Positions 40,608 through 49,913 of a stretch of 64,000 bases of DNA are shown here, in pieces. Source of the stretch: an uncultured Myxococcales bacterium (lineage in GTDB: Bacteria; Myxococcota_A; Bradymonadia; UBA7976; UBA1532); assembly GCA_903847385.1 (NCBI GenBank), contig CAINDO010000261.1, positions 108-64,107 of the forward strand, read 5' to 3'. Each line of letters opens with the position of its first letter. Within the stretch, counting starts at the first letter, position 1. A model generated the notes under the pieces. The model made no database searches. It saw only the letters and a program-made list of their open reading frames with translations, and was not told the origin of the DNA. A program made the position numbers and the translations under genes.

Positions 40608-41751
40608 TCAGTCGACGTCTTGAACGTCGCGTGCCTGCGGAGCTTCGCCGGCGTGCATCAAAAGGAAGGACTGCACGGCGCCGGTGAGGTCGCCGTCGAG
40701 GAAGCCGCGGGTGTCGCTGGTCTGCCAGCCGGTGCGCAGATCCTTCACCATTTGATAGGGGTGGAGGACGTAGCTGCGGATCTGGCTGCCGAAGTCGATC
40801 TTGGCCTTGCCGGCGTACAGGGCGTCGCGCTCGTCGTTGCGCTTCTGCAGCTCGAGCTCGTAGAGCTTGGACTTGAGGAGCTTCATCGCGGTCGAGCGGT
40901 TCTTGTGCTGGCTGCGCTCGGCCTGGCAGGCGACCACCACACCCGTGGGCAAGTGGGTCAGCCGGACGGCGGAGTCGGTCTTGTTGACGTGCTGACCGCC
41001 GGCGCCGCTGGACCGATAGGTGTCCACGCGCAGATCGCCCTCGTTGACCTCGATCTCGATGGAGTCGTCCACCTCGGGCAGCACGGAGACGCTGGCGAAG
41101 CTGGTCTGGCGGCGCTTGTTGGCGTCGAAGGGCGAGATGCGCACGAGACGGTGCACGCCGTTCTCGGCCTTGGTGTACCCGAAGGCGTGGTCACCCTCGA
41201 CGCGCAGCGTGGCGCTCTTGATGCCGGCGGTGTCGCCGCCGAGCTCGTCGGTGACCTCGACCTTCCAGCCCTGGCGCTCGCAGTACCGCAGATACATGCG
41301 CAGCAGCATCTCGGCCCAGTCCTGGCTCTCGGTGCCGCCGGCGCCGGCGTTGATCGCGATGAAGGCGGCGGCACGGTCGTGCTTGCCGCTCATCATGCGC
41401 TCGAACTCCATCTTCTCCAGCGTGCGCTCGGCCGCTGCCAGCGCGCCCTCGGCCTCACCGAGCAGCTCCTCGGACGGGTCCTCCTGGTACATCTCGAGGA
41501 AGACGCCCGTGTCGTCGAGCCCTGCGCCGACCTTGGTGAGCAGGTCGAGCTGGGTCTTCATCTCATTGCGCTCGCGCAGGAGCTCCTGAGCCTTCTCCTG
41601 GTTGGACCAGAACTCGGGCTGCGCGCTCAGGTGGTCGAGCTCTCCGACGCGTTCGATCTTTCGATCGGCGTCAAAGAAACCTCCGCAGCTTGAGGAGCCG
41701 CTCGCGGCTCTCGTTGATGCGCGTGTCGAACTGGCTGGGGTAGCTCGCCAT
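40608..41751 (-). CDS. prfB: Peptide chain release factor 2, with programmed +1 frameshift
   Basis: ATG 41751 MASYPSQFDTRINESRERLLKLRRFL, then CTT-TGA-C at 41676-41670 with GGAGG 3 nt upstream; downstream frame has SPF and GGQ motifs. Confidence 0.97.
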
Positions 41752-41807
41752 GGGACGCTCCTGTCAGGCTTTGAGGGGCGCCGATATACGAGAAGGGCGG
41801 GCGACGG

Positions 41808-42332
41808 TCAATACACCGTGAAGGTGAGGCCGAAGTTCAGCGCGTTGAACGCGGCGGCGTCGTAGAAGTGGTGCTGGAAGTCGACGCCCACACCCACGGC
41901 GAGGTCGGCATTGGCCCAGAACTCGTAGCCCAGGCCGCCCCCGACGCCAAGGCCGGTGCCGCCGTCTCCCGCCTCCAGCGAAGCGTGGGCGACGCCGCCC
42001 TTCAGCCGCACGAAGAGGTCGCCGACGGGGAAGAGGTTCACGCCGACGAACCCGGTGACGAGCGTCGTCTCCGCGCCGAGCTGCTGCGTCAGGCCCATGT
42101 CGAAGTCGAGGGTGAGGTTCTGCGTGAGCCCGCCGCCGATCCGGCCGTCGATGTTGAGCCCGGCCTTCGTCTCAGCGCCGGTCGTGTCGGCCTTGCCTGC
42201 GCCGAAGCCGAGGCCGCCGCCGTAAAAGATGCCGGTGCGGTCCCGGTAGGCGTCCAGCGCGAAGGCGGGCCCGGCGGCCAGGGTGGTCAGCGTGGCGGCG
42301 GAGAGGGCGAGGGCGACGACGTTCGATTTCAT
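41808..42332 (-). CDS. Small outer-membrane beta-barrel protein
   Basis: Signal peptide ending AFA, Gly-rich amphipathic strands, GLGYEF, terminal Tyr. Confidence 0.75.
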   Translation of the reverse strand: MKSNVVALALSAATLTTLAAGPAFALDAYRDRTGIFYGGGLGFGAGKADTTGAETKAGLNIDGRIGGGLTQNLTLDFDMGLTQQLGAETTLVTGFVGVNLFPVGDLFVRLKGGVAHASLEAGDGGTGLGVGGGLGYEFWANADLAVGVGVDFQHHFYDAAAFNALNFGLTFTVY

Positions 42333-42365
42333 GGCACGATTCCTCGTTCAGAAGTCTGCGGAAGA

Positions 42366-43730
42366 TCAGCGGAAATCGGAGAAGTTCAGCACCGCGAAGC
42401 CGCCGGGCGCGACCTCGACCGTGCCCGTTCGGTTGAACCCGCCCAGGCGGACGTTCACTGTGTGACGGCCAGCCGGGACCCGGGCGCGGGCGACGTGAAT
42501 CCGGCTCGGGAGCGTCACCCAGCTGCGGGTGTCCGGCGTGTCCGCCGCCGTCATGGCGCCTTCCACGAGCAGGCCGGCGAGCAGCCCGACGGGGCCGCTC
42601 CCGCTGGCCTTGCGGGCGACGGCGTTGGTGGCCTCGCCCGCGATGGCGCGGGTGATCATGCGGACGATCGCGGCGGCGATGATGCCGCCCTGGATCTCGT
42701 CGAAGGTGTCCATCACGCGGTCCTCGATGTCGAGGGCCTCGCCGCCGACCATGGGTTCGCGCTCGTCGAGCACGACCTGCACGTTGGACCAGCGGCTCTT
42801 GGTGGAGCGCTTGAGCTTCGGATAGTTGACCCACTTCAGCAGGCCCTTGAGCGCGAACTCGTTGGCGCGTCGCTGGTCCGCCGGGCTGAGTCGAGCCCCG
42901 GGGCCGGGCGCCGTGGCGACGACGACGGCCGCACCGATGGGCAGGCGCTCTGCGACCTTGTAGGGCGCCATGCCGACCTGGACCACCACCAGGACCTCAC
43001 CGGACTGAGCGTCGTCCGTGGGCAGCGTGACGGGCGTGGCCAGCAGCTCCTTCAGCCGATCATCGGTGAGTCCGCTGCGTGCGGCGAGGCGTCGAGCGGC
43101 CTCGGCCAGACCGGGCACGCCCCCCGCGGCGGCAGCGTCTCCGTAGTACCGCATCGCCTCCTGAGCGTTGCCGTCCACCTCGAAGGCGAAACCGGCGAGG
43201 AAGCTGCCGAAGGCCATCAGGCCGGCGGACTTGGCGCTCTTGTCCTTGAAGTACTTGTCGTTGATCTGGAACCGACGGGCCTCGATCTTCGCGCCGTTGG
43301 CGTCCCCACGGACCAGGTAGTTGATCAGGTTGAGCGTGTTGATCAGCAGCTTCTCGTGCGGCGGCGTGCGGTACACGCCGGAGTCGTCCGAGAAGACCCA
43401 CTTGCCGATGTCGCCGGCGGTGTCCGACGTGAAGTCGATGACCTCGATGTTCTTGTCGGCGGTCTCGAAGTCCCGGGCGGACAGGTCGTGGCGCCCCATG
43501 GCCTGGAGGATCGTCGCGCGCTCCAGCAGCAGCAGCGCGTTGTCGCCCGAGGTCTTCTTGGGCAGCTCTTCGGGCTTGGAGACGTCCATCGCCTTGTCGA
43601 CGGCGGCGAGGGCCTGCTCGGGGCGACCGGCGGTCATGGTCTTGCGGAAGGCCTCGCTCGTGGAAGCGTAGCCGCCGCAGCCGCTCAGGAGCATCGCCCC
43701 CAGGAGCGCGAGGCAGAGGGCGCGCAACAT
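42366..43730 (-). CDS. TPR-containing lipoprotein (COG3014-like)
   Basis: Lipobox LLSGC; LLLERAT, YRTPPHEKLLINTL, EARR, DTRSWVTLP. Confidence 0.8.
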   Translation of the reverse strand: MLRALCLALLGAMLLSGCGGYASTSEAFRKTMTAGRPEQALAAVDKAMDVSKPEELPKKTSGDNALLLLERATILQAMGRHDLSARDFETADKNIEVIDFTSDTAGDIGKWVFSDDSGVYRTPPHEKLLINTLNLINYLVRGDANGAKIEARRFQINDKYFKDKSAKSAGLMAFGSFLAGFAFEVDGNAQEAMRYYGDAAAAGGVPGLAEAARRLAARSGLTDDRLKELLATPVTLPTDDAQSGEVLVVVQVGMAPYKVAERLPIGAAVVVATAPGPGARLSPADQRRANEFALKGLLKWVNYPKLKRSTKSRWSNVQVVLDEREPMVGGEALDIEDRVMDTFDEIQGGIIAAAIVRMITRAIAGEATNAVARKASGSGPVGLLAGLLVEGAMTAADTPDTRSWVTLPSRIHVARARVPAGRHTVNVRLGGFNRTGTVEVAPGGFAVLNFSDFR

Positions 43731-43734
43731 GGCC

Positions 43735-44352
43735 TTACTTGATCAGGCCCTTGGTGAGCGTCGCCTTGTTCTGCCACCGGATGGCACCGGTCTCGACCTC
43801 GATGACCTGCATGTAGAGCATGTACTGGACCCGGCGCTCGCCGTCCGTCTTCTCGTCCGAGGAGCTCATCTTGCCGGTCACGAAGTAACCCGCGCCGAGC
43901 TGGCGGCCGAGCTGGGCGGCCTTGTCCTGATCGAAGACGGCCGACTGCTGGTACTTGAGCTCCTGCACGAGCTGCATCTGGCGCTCGTGGCTGATGACCG
44001 TGACGGTGCCGCTGTTGACGAGCTCCGTCTCGAAGTCGGCGAGCAGCGCGTTGAGCTGGTCGTCGATGTGCTCGGAGGTGTCGTTCTTCACCTGGAAGAT
44101 GGCGACGGTGGCCTCCTTGCCGTCCTTCGCGGCGTCCTTCCAGCGGGTGACGGCGGCGCTGCCCAAAAGGCTCTTGATGTTGTCCTTGAAGAGCTGCTCG
44201 AGGTCCATCTTGTCCAGGCCCGTGGACATCACGGCCTTGTCGAGATCCGGGTTGTCCGAGCCGCGGACGTAGGCCGGGCCACCGCAGGCCGACAACGAGG
44301 CGACCAGCGAGAGGCCGGCCAGGAGCGTGTGGAAACGGGAGTGCGTGCGCAT
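43735..44352 (-). CDS. lpoB: Penicillin-binding protein activator LpoB-like lipoprotein
   Basis: Lipobox LSAC; VKNDTSEHID, LGRQLGAGYFVTG, VETGAIRW. Confidence 0.75.
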   Translation of the reverse strand: MRTHSRFHTLLAGLSLVASLSACGGPAYVRGSDNPDLDKAVMSTGLDKMDLEQLFKDNIKSLLGSAAVTRWKDAAKDGKEATVAIFQVKNDTSEHIDDQLNALLADFETELVNSGTVTVISHERQMQLVQELKYQQSAVFDQDKAAQLGRQLGAGYFVTGKMSSSDEKTDGERRVQYMLYMQVIEVETGAIRWQNKATLTKGLIK

Positions 44353-44482
44353 GGAGAGTGTTCCTCGGAAGGCCGATTGAGGTCGGACTGCGGCCGCAGG
44401 CGCGTGGGCCCGCGGGGTTTCGGCGCCGGAGATTAGCACCGCACCCGACCGATTCAAGCGACGCATCGGCCGGGTCGGAAAT

Positions 44483-45652
44483 TCAGTCTTCGGCGGCCTG
44501 GTCGACGCCGATCTTCTCGAAGACGAGGTCCTCGACCGTGCGGCGGCCGATGTTCCACAGCGCTTCGCGGTCGCGGCAGCGGCCGAACAGGCCGAGGGGG
44601 ATGCGGAAACCGCCCTTGTTGCGGCGCCCGCCGCCGTAGTGGCGGCCGGTGGAGTCCGTGCCGAAGACGGTCTTCAGCCAGGTGTCCGGGTCGATGGTGT
44701 GGCTCACGGTGCGCAGCGAGCCGTCGACGACCTCGCCGTTCACGATGCCGAAGACGAGCGCGGTCTCGACCCCCTCGTGGCGCAGGAGAAAGTCCGCCGC
44801 CTGCCCGATGCCGTCGCGGTCTTCTTCACGAACGAAGCCGACGCCGGCGAGCAGGAACGTGCCCCGGATCTGCTTGTTGTTCAGACCCTTCTGGATGATC
44901 TCCATCGTGCGGGCGGTGATCGACTGCTTGCTGATGATGCGGAGCAGATCGTTGTCCAGGAACTGCCGCAAATAGGCCGCCGCGCGGTAGTCGATGGGGT
45001 AGGCGAGCAGGAAGTTGTCCGTGTCCGTGCGGATGCCGTGCATCAGCGCCGTCGCCAGGCGGGCGTCCTCGGCCACGCCGGGGCGCAGGCCGAACGGGGA
45101 GTGCTCCAGGTATTCCGCGTAGATGCTGCTCGTGGCGCCGGCCTCCTCGCGGATGTCGAGGAAGCGGGCGTCGAAGCCGCCGACGACCTTGTGGTGGTCG
45201 ACGAAGGTGAGCACGGGGGGCGCCTGGGGCAGCCGGACGGGCAGGTGGGGCGTCTGCGTGTCCACGAACGAGGTGAAGTCGTAGCTCGACAGGTCCATGC
45301 CCTCGCGGAACTGGCGCAGGTCGGCGTCGAGGCTCTTCACCAGCGCCCGGTTCTCCGGGTGGCTGATCTCGTCGAAGAAGACGATGGTGCACTCGATGTC
45401 GTGGGCGCGGGCCAGGTGGCGTTGGGCGATGGCGCTGCCGATGCTGTCCGGATCGGGGTGCCCCTTGATCACGATGAGCAGGCGGCTGCCCCGGGCGGCC
45501 TCGAGCGACTCGAGCAGCTGCTCCACGCGGGCGCCGGCGTCGTTCGCGGGCATGGGCGGTGGGGGCGGCGTGAGGTCGACGGGGCGTTCGAGGGGGGCGA
45601 GGGCCGTGTGCTCGCCGGTGACGGCGGGCTTGCGAGCGGCGAGGGGGGGCAT
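44483..45652 (-). CDS. DHH/DHHA1 family phosphoesterase
   Basis: HPDPDSIG, VDHH, GIRTDT, GSLRT, GGGR. Confidence 0.88.
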   Translation of the reverse strand: MPPLAARKPAVTGEHTALAPLERPVDLTPPPPPMPANDAGARVEQLLESLEAARGSRLLIVIKGHPDPDSIGSAIAQRHLARAHDIECTIVFFDEISHPENRALVKSLDADLRQFREGMDLSSYDFTSFVDTQTPHLPVRLPQAPPVLTFVDHHKVVGGFDARFLDIREEAGATSSIYAEYLEHSPFGLRPGVAEDARLATALMHGIRTDTDNFLLAYPIDYRAAAYLRQFLDNDLLRIISKQSITARTMEIIQKGLNNKQIRGTFLLAGVGFVREEDRDGIGQAADFLLRHEGVETALVFGIVNGEVVDGSLRTVSHTIDPDTWLKTVFGTDSTGRHYGGGRRNKGGFRIPLGLFGRCRDREALWNIGRRTVEDLVFEKIGVDQAAED

Positions 45653-45761
45653 GTTCAGAAACTCCCGGGGAGGGCGGCCCGTGCGCGCCGAGGCGTGGGG
45701 CCGACGAACGAAGCGCGACACCGTAACGGCGGCCGCGCCCGCATGCAAGCAAGGCCCGGGC

Positions 45762-46424
45762 TCAACCGAAGACCTCGACCGAGGCTCCGGTGACCGCCTT
45801 CGGGGCCGCCGCGAGGAATGCGATGAACTCGGCGACGTCCTCGGGGCTCATGTCCGGGGCGAAGCCGCTGCCGACGAGCATGTCCGTCTCCACGCTGCCC
45901 GGGGACACGGCGACGACCACGACGCCGGCCGCCTTGACCTCGGCGGCGAGGGCGCGGGTGAGGCCGAGCAGGCCGGCCTTGCTGGCACAGTACGCCGAGA
46001 GGCCCGGCGTGCCCGAGGTCGCGCTGATGCTGGAGACGTTGAGAATGCGCCCGGCGCCGCGGGCCAACATGCCCGGCAGGACGCCGCGGGCGAGCAGGAA
46101 CGGGGCGCGCAGATTCACCGCCATCACGTGGTCCCAGTCGGCCGTGGCGTGACCCTGGACCGTGTGGCGGTGGACGATGCCGGCGTTGTTCACGAGCACG
46201 TCCACGGGGCCGAGGCTCAGCTCGACCGTGTCCAGCGCGGCGTGGATCTGGGCCTCGTCCGCCAGATCGCACTCGATCGCCAGCGCGCCGAGCTCGTCGG
46301 CGAGCGCGAGGAGGCCGGGCGACGGGCGCGCCAGCAAGGCCAGCCGATGGCCGTCCCGGGCGAAGCGCCGCGCACAGGCGGCGCCGATGCCGCGACTGGC
46401 GCCGGTGATCAAGACGATGCTCAT
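45762..46424 (-). CDS. Short-chain dehydrogenase/reductase
   Basis: TGASRGIG, NNAG, YCASK; ATG overlaps the folE stop. Confidence 0.9.
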   Translation of the reverse strand: MSIVLITGASRGIGAACARRFARDGHRLALLARPSPGLLALADELGALAIECDLADEAQIHAALDTVELSLGPVDVLVNNAGIVHRHTVQGHATADWDHVMAVNLRAPFLLARGVLPGMLARGAGRILNVSSISATSGTPGLSAYCASKAGLLGLTRALAAEVKAAGVVVVAVSPGSVETDMLVGSGFAPDMSPEDVAEFIAFLAAAPKAVTGASVEVFG

Positions 46425-46990
46425 GCGCAGGGAGTTCCCGCCGGCACGCCGGGCAAGACGTCTGCGCGACCCGTCAGGGTGCCGGCGGCCAGACGGGTGT
46501 TCAGGCGCGCGCCGCGGGGCTCGCGGCCCTGGAGGACCAGGCACAGGTGCTCCGCGTCGATGGCGCAGGCGGCGCCGCGGGCGCCCAGGTGCGTCATCAG
46601 GGCGTCCACCAGGGCGCCGGTCAGGGCCTCCTGCAGGACCAGGCGGCGCGACAGGCAGGCGACGAGACGCTCGAGCCGGCCGAGGCCCACGATGCGGCCC
46701 GCCGGCTCGTAGGCCAGGTGCACGCGGCCGTGGTACGGCAGCAGGTGGTGCGGACACATGCCGTGGAAGGGGATGTTCGTCAGCGTGACGATGGCCCCCG
46801 CGGTGTCCGGCATGGGCTCGCCGAGCGCCTCGGCGGGCGTCGTGGTGTAGCCCGAGGTCAGGTTGTCGCGCCAGAGGGTGGCGACGCGCTCCGGCGTGCC
46901 GAGCTGCTCGGCGTCCGCGGGGATGGCGAGCGACCGAAGGAACTCGGCCGTGGCGGCGACGAGCGGGGCGGCGGGGGCGCTGGGGTTCAG
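46421..46990 (-). CDS. folE: GTP cyclohydrolase I, apparent non-canonical CTG start
   Basis: TPERVA..W...SGY, MCPHHLLP, VGLGRL, RLVLQE, AEHLC; frame is open to CTG 46990 with AGGAG 5 nt upstream. Confidence 0.85.
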   Translation of the reverse strand: MNPSAPAAPLVAATAEFLRSLAIPADAEQLGTPERVATLWRDNLTSGYTTTPAEALGEPMPDTAGAIVTLTNIPFHGMCPHHLLPYHGRVHLAYEPAGRIVGLGRLERLVACLSRRLVLQEALTGALVDALMTHLGARGAACAIDAEHLCLVLQGREPRGARLNTRLAAGTLTGRADVLPGVPAGTPCA

Positions 46991-47388
46991 GGGAGCTCCT
47001 CGCGGGGCGGACGCGCCCGCTTGCCCGGCTTCGGGGGCGGGGGCGCCGCGGGGATCTCCCGCAGCGGCTCACCGCGCTCGTCGAGCATCACGCTGCTCTT
47101 CGGCAGCGTGTGGACCACCAGGCCGGGTACCACGCGTTGGCAGCAGGCGCGGCCCCAGTCCGGCGCTTCGGCGTCGGGCGCGCGAAACTCGAACGCACAG
47201 CAGCCGATGGTGTCGTTGAAGCAGAAGCGGCTCCAGTCGCAGGTCATGCGGCCGAGCTCGAACTGAATGTACTGGAAGGCCCGGATGAGCGGGATGTCGT
47301 CCGGAACGTCGAAGGTCAGCCCGCCGATGTGGATCGGGACGAGTCGGGTGATCTCCCCGTAGATGGCCTTGTTCGGACCGCCGCTCAC
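46987..47388 (-). CDS. Small Cys-rich protein, possible 2Fe-2S ferredoxin-like fold
   Basis: IHIGGLTFDVPDD..LIRAFQ, FCFNDTIGCC...RACC; coupled to folE. Confidence 0.55.
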   Translation of the reverse strand: MSGGPNKAIYGEITRLVPIHIGGLTFDVPDDIPLIRAFQYIQFELGRMTCDWSRFCFNDTIGCCAFEFRAPDAEAPDWGRACCQRVVPGLVVHTLPKSSVMLDERGEPLREIPAAPPPPKPGKRARPPREELP

Positions 47389-47480
47389 GCCTGCACCCGG
47401 GTTGCACTCGACGTCACGCTGACTGACTCCGACCGGTGCCGCTCATGGCACGAAAAACGACAGTAACCCCAAACCACGAT

Positions 47481-48317
47481 TCACGCGAGAGAGAAGGGAT
47501 TCGGGGCCCGGGCGCGCAGACGCTCCAGGGCCTCGGGTCCGACGCCGTGGTCGCCGGGACGCGGCTGGCCCTCGAGGGTGTGGAAGTCCGCGCCGCCGCT
47601 CGCGTCCAGGCGCAACAGCCCGGCGATGCCTGCGTAGCGCGACACGCGCTCGGCGTCGTGGGCCGGGTGCCGAATCTCGATCGCGTCGAGGCCGAAGTCG
47701 GCGAGGACCGGGATCTGGTCGTCGATGTCCTCGATGCCCGGGTGGGCGAGGCTGGCCACGCCGCCGGCGCCGTGAATCAGCTCGATGGCCGCGCGGGCCT
47801 CGAGGGGCTTGGAGGGCACGTAGGCCGGCGCGTCCCGGCCGAGGAAGCGCCGAAAGGCCTCCTCGACGTGACCGACGTGGCCCGCGGCGACCAGGGCCCG
47901 CGCCACGTGCGGGCGACCGACGTTCGAAGCGCGCCCGCCGGCCTCGGCCACGATGGCCTCGGCGTCGATGGGGCAGCCGAGCGCGGTCAGGCGGGCGGCG
48001 ATTTCGCGGACACGCTCCTGCCGCTGCAGGGCGCGCCCCGCCATGACCTGCGCCAGCGTGGGGTCGTCCGGGTTCAGGAAGAGGCCGAGGATGTGGATCT
48101 CGTGCCCGAGCCAGGCGCTGATCTCGATGCCGGCGACGATCTGAAGCCCGTGGGACCGTGCGGCGCGGGCGGCCGCGTGCACGGCGCCCGTCGTGTCGTG
48201 GTCCGTGACGGCGAGGCATCGCAGGTCCTGCGCCGCGGCGAGCGCGACGAGCGCCTCGGGGGAGAGCGTGCCGTCGGAGGTCGTCGTGTGGCTGTGGAGG
48301 TCGGCGTGCCAGGTCAT
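47481..48317 (-). CDS. PHP-domain phosphoesterase (YciV/TrpH-like)
   Basis: DLHSHTTTSDG, TDHD, GIEIS, HILG, GRPH, AHP, GGADFH. Confidence 0.92.
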   Translation of the reverse strand: MTWHADLHSHTTTSDGTLSPEALVALAAAQDLRCLAVTDHDTTGAVHAAARAARSHGLQIVAGIEISAWLGHEIHILGLFLNPDDPTLAQVMAGRALQRQERVREIAARLTALGCPIDAEAIVAEAGGRASNVGRPHVARALVAAGHVGHVEEAFRRFLGRDAPAYVPSKPLEARAAIELIHGAGGVASLAHPGIEDIDDQIPVLADFGLDAIEIRHPAHDAERVSRYAGIAGLLRLDASGGADFHTLEGQPRPGDHGVGPEALERLRARAPNPFSLA

Positions 48318-48424
48318 CGCAACCAGAAGATACCTCAGCGCGTCATTGCGGTCCGACCCGTCGTCGGTTTTTCATCATCGAACCGAAGAGACGCGCTCTC
48401 CGCATCGACCGAGCGAGGAACCCC

Positions 48425-48931
48425 ATGTCCGATTCCGCCGTTTCCCCCGAGATCTCCAGCCCGCCCGCCGTCGGGGCGCCGGCGCCCGACTTCACGCTCG
48501 TCGCCGAGCCCGGCGGCGAGACCAGCCTCGCCAGCCTCCGGGGCCGGCCCGTGGTGCTGTACTTCTATCCGAAGGACAACACGCCCGGCTGCACCACCGA
48601 GGCCTGCGACTTCCGCGACCGCCACGACCGGCTCACGGCCGCAGGTGCGGTCGTGCTGGGCGTCAGCCGCGACTCGGCGCGCAGCCACGCCGGCTTCCGC
48701 GCCAAACACGGCCTGAACTTCCCGCTGCTCGTGGACGCCGACGCCGCGCTCCACCGCGCCTATGGCGCCTGGGGCGAGAAGACGCTCTACGGCAAGAAGA
48801 GCATCGGGCCGCTGCGCGCCACGGTGCTGATCGACGCCGCCGGGCGCGTCGCCCGGGTCTGGCCCAAGGTCAGCGTGAAGGGCCACGTCGACGAGGTCCT
48901 CGCCGCCGTGCTGGCGCTCCCGAGCGCCTGA
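48425..48931 (+). CDS. bcp: Peroxiredoxin BCP/PrxQ
   Basis: YFYPKDNTPGCTTEACDFRD. Confidence 0.95.
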   Translation: MSDSAVSPEISSPPAVGAPAPDFTLVAEPGGETSLASLRGRPVVLYFYPKDNTPGCTTEACDFRDRHDRLTAAGAVVLGVSRDSARSHAGFRAKHGLNFPLLVDADAALHRAYGAWGEKTLYGKKSIGPLRATVLIDAAGRVARVWPKVSVKGHVDEVLAAVLALPSA

Positions 48932-48940
48932 GCCACGTCT

Positions 48941-49246
48941 TCAGAAGGCGTCCGGCACCCGCGGGGTCTGCCACTCGCCCTCGCCGACCCAGAGTCGGAC
49001 GACCATCGGCCCCTCGGGCCCGTGGGAGAGGTCGAAGGTCACCGGCATGCCGGGCTTGAGGTCGCCGGAGCGCGTGACCATGCCCGAGACGTGCACGAGC
49101 CCCGTGTGGAACGGCAGGACGCGGCCGTCGCGGGCCTGAATCGTGCCGCGCTCGCGCGAGGGTTCGATCGTACGGACGCGTCCGGCCCAGGCGTTGGTGT
49201 CGGTCAGATCGGGCTCGTCGGGGTTCGAAGGGGCTGACGGGTTCAT
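48941..49246 (-). CDS. Small cold-shock/OB-fold-like protein
   Basis: GRV...RGTI..DG..LPFH...LKPGMPVTFDL..GPEGP resembles the CSD pattern. Confidence 0.55.
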   Translation of the reverse strand: MNPSAPSNPDEPDLTDTNAWAGRVRTIEPSRERGTIQARDGRVLPFHTGLVHVSGMVTRSGDLKPGMPVTFDLSHGPEGPMVVRLWVGEGEWQTPRVPDAF

Positions 49247-49330
49247 CGCGGCGAAACGCTCTGTTATCCTGGGGAGTCGATTCTACTCTATATCGCCGAT
49301 CCGCATCGGCACAGTGGGAGATTGGTGGCA

Positions 49331-49903
49331 ATGGCCGTCCTGGAAGTCCTGGCGTACCCGAACGAATTCCTCCGCAAGAAGGCGCAGCCGGTGACCCGGT
49401 TCGATGAGCCCCTGCGCACCTTGGTCAAGGACATGGAGGACACCATGGCCGCCGAAGACGGCGTCGGCCTTGCCGCCACGCAGATCGGCGCGGATCTGCA
49501 GCTCCTGCTGGTGCACCCCTACGCGTTCAAGGGCGACGAGGCCAGGGACGAGCCCGTGCTCGTGGTCATCAACCCCGAGGTCGCCTGGGAGAGCCCGGAG
49601 CGCATCACGGCGGAGGAGGGCTGCCTGTCGTTCCCGGACGTGTTCATCCAGGTCAGTCGGCCGGCCAAGGTGCGCATTCGTGCGCTGGACCTCGAGGGGC
49701 GCCCCTTCGAGGTCGAGGGTGAGGGCCTCGGCGCGCGCGCGCTGCTGCACGAGGTCGACCACCTCAACGGCGTGGTGATGATCGACCACGTGAGCTTCCT
49801 GTCGCGCCAACGAGCGCTCAAGAAGCACCAGAAGAATCAGGCCGATCTGGTGGCGGCGGCCAAGAAGAAGAAGGCCGAGGCCGCCAAGGCCCCGAAGGTC
49901 TGA
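49331..49903 (+). CDS. def: Peptide deformylase
   Basis: GVGLAATQ, EGCLS, HEVDH motifs. Confidence 0.96.
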   Translation: MAVLEVLAYPNEFLRKKAQPVTRFDEPLRTLVKDMEDTMAAEDGVGLAATQIGADLQLLLVHPYAFKGDEARDEPVLVVINPEVAWESPERITAEEGCLSFPDVFIQVSRPAKVRIRALDLEGRPFEVEGEGLGARALLHEVDHLNGVVMIDHVSFLSRQRALKKHQKNQADLVAAAKKKKAEAAKAPKV

Positions 49904-49913
49904 CCCGCGCGGG

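Noticed and set aside
40608-41751. prfB as a frameshifted pseudogene
   Set aside because: Canonical programmed frameshift site is present.
46425-47072. +1 frameshift at CCC-TGA fusing the Cys-rich gene to the SDR frame
   Set aside because: That frame is open but encodes R/P-rich junk across folE, and the SDR has its own ATG.
47389-47480. Possible riboswitch upstream of the ferredoxin-folE operon
   Set aside because: Only short hairpins (GTGCC/GGCAC); no THF-II or ZTP consensus recognisable by eye. An Rfam search would be needed.
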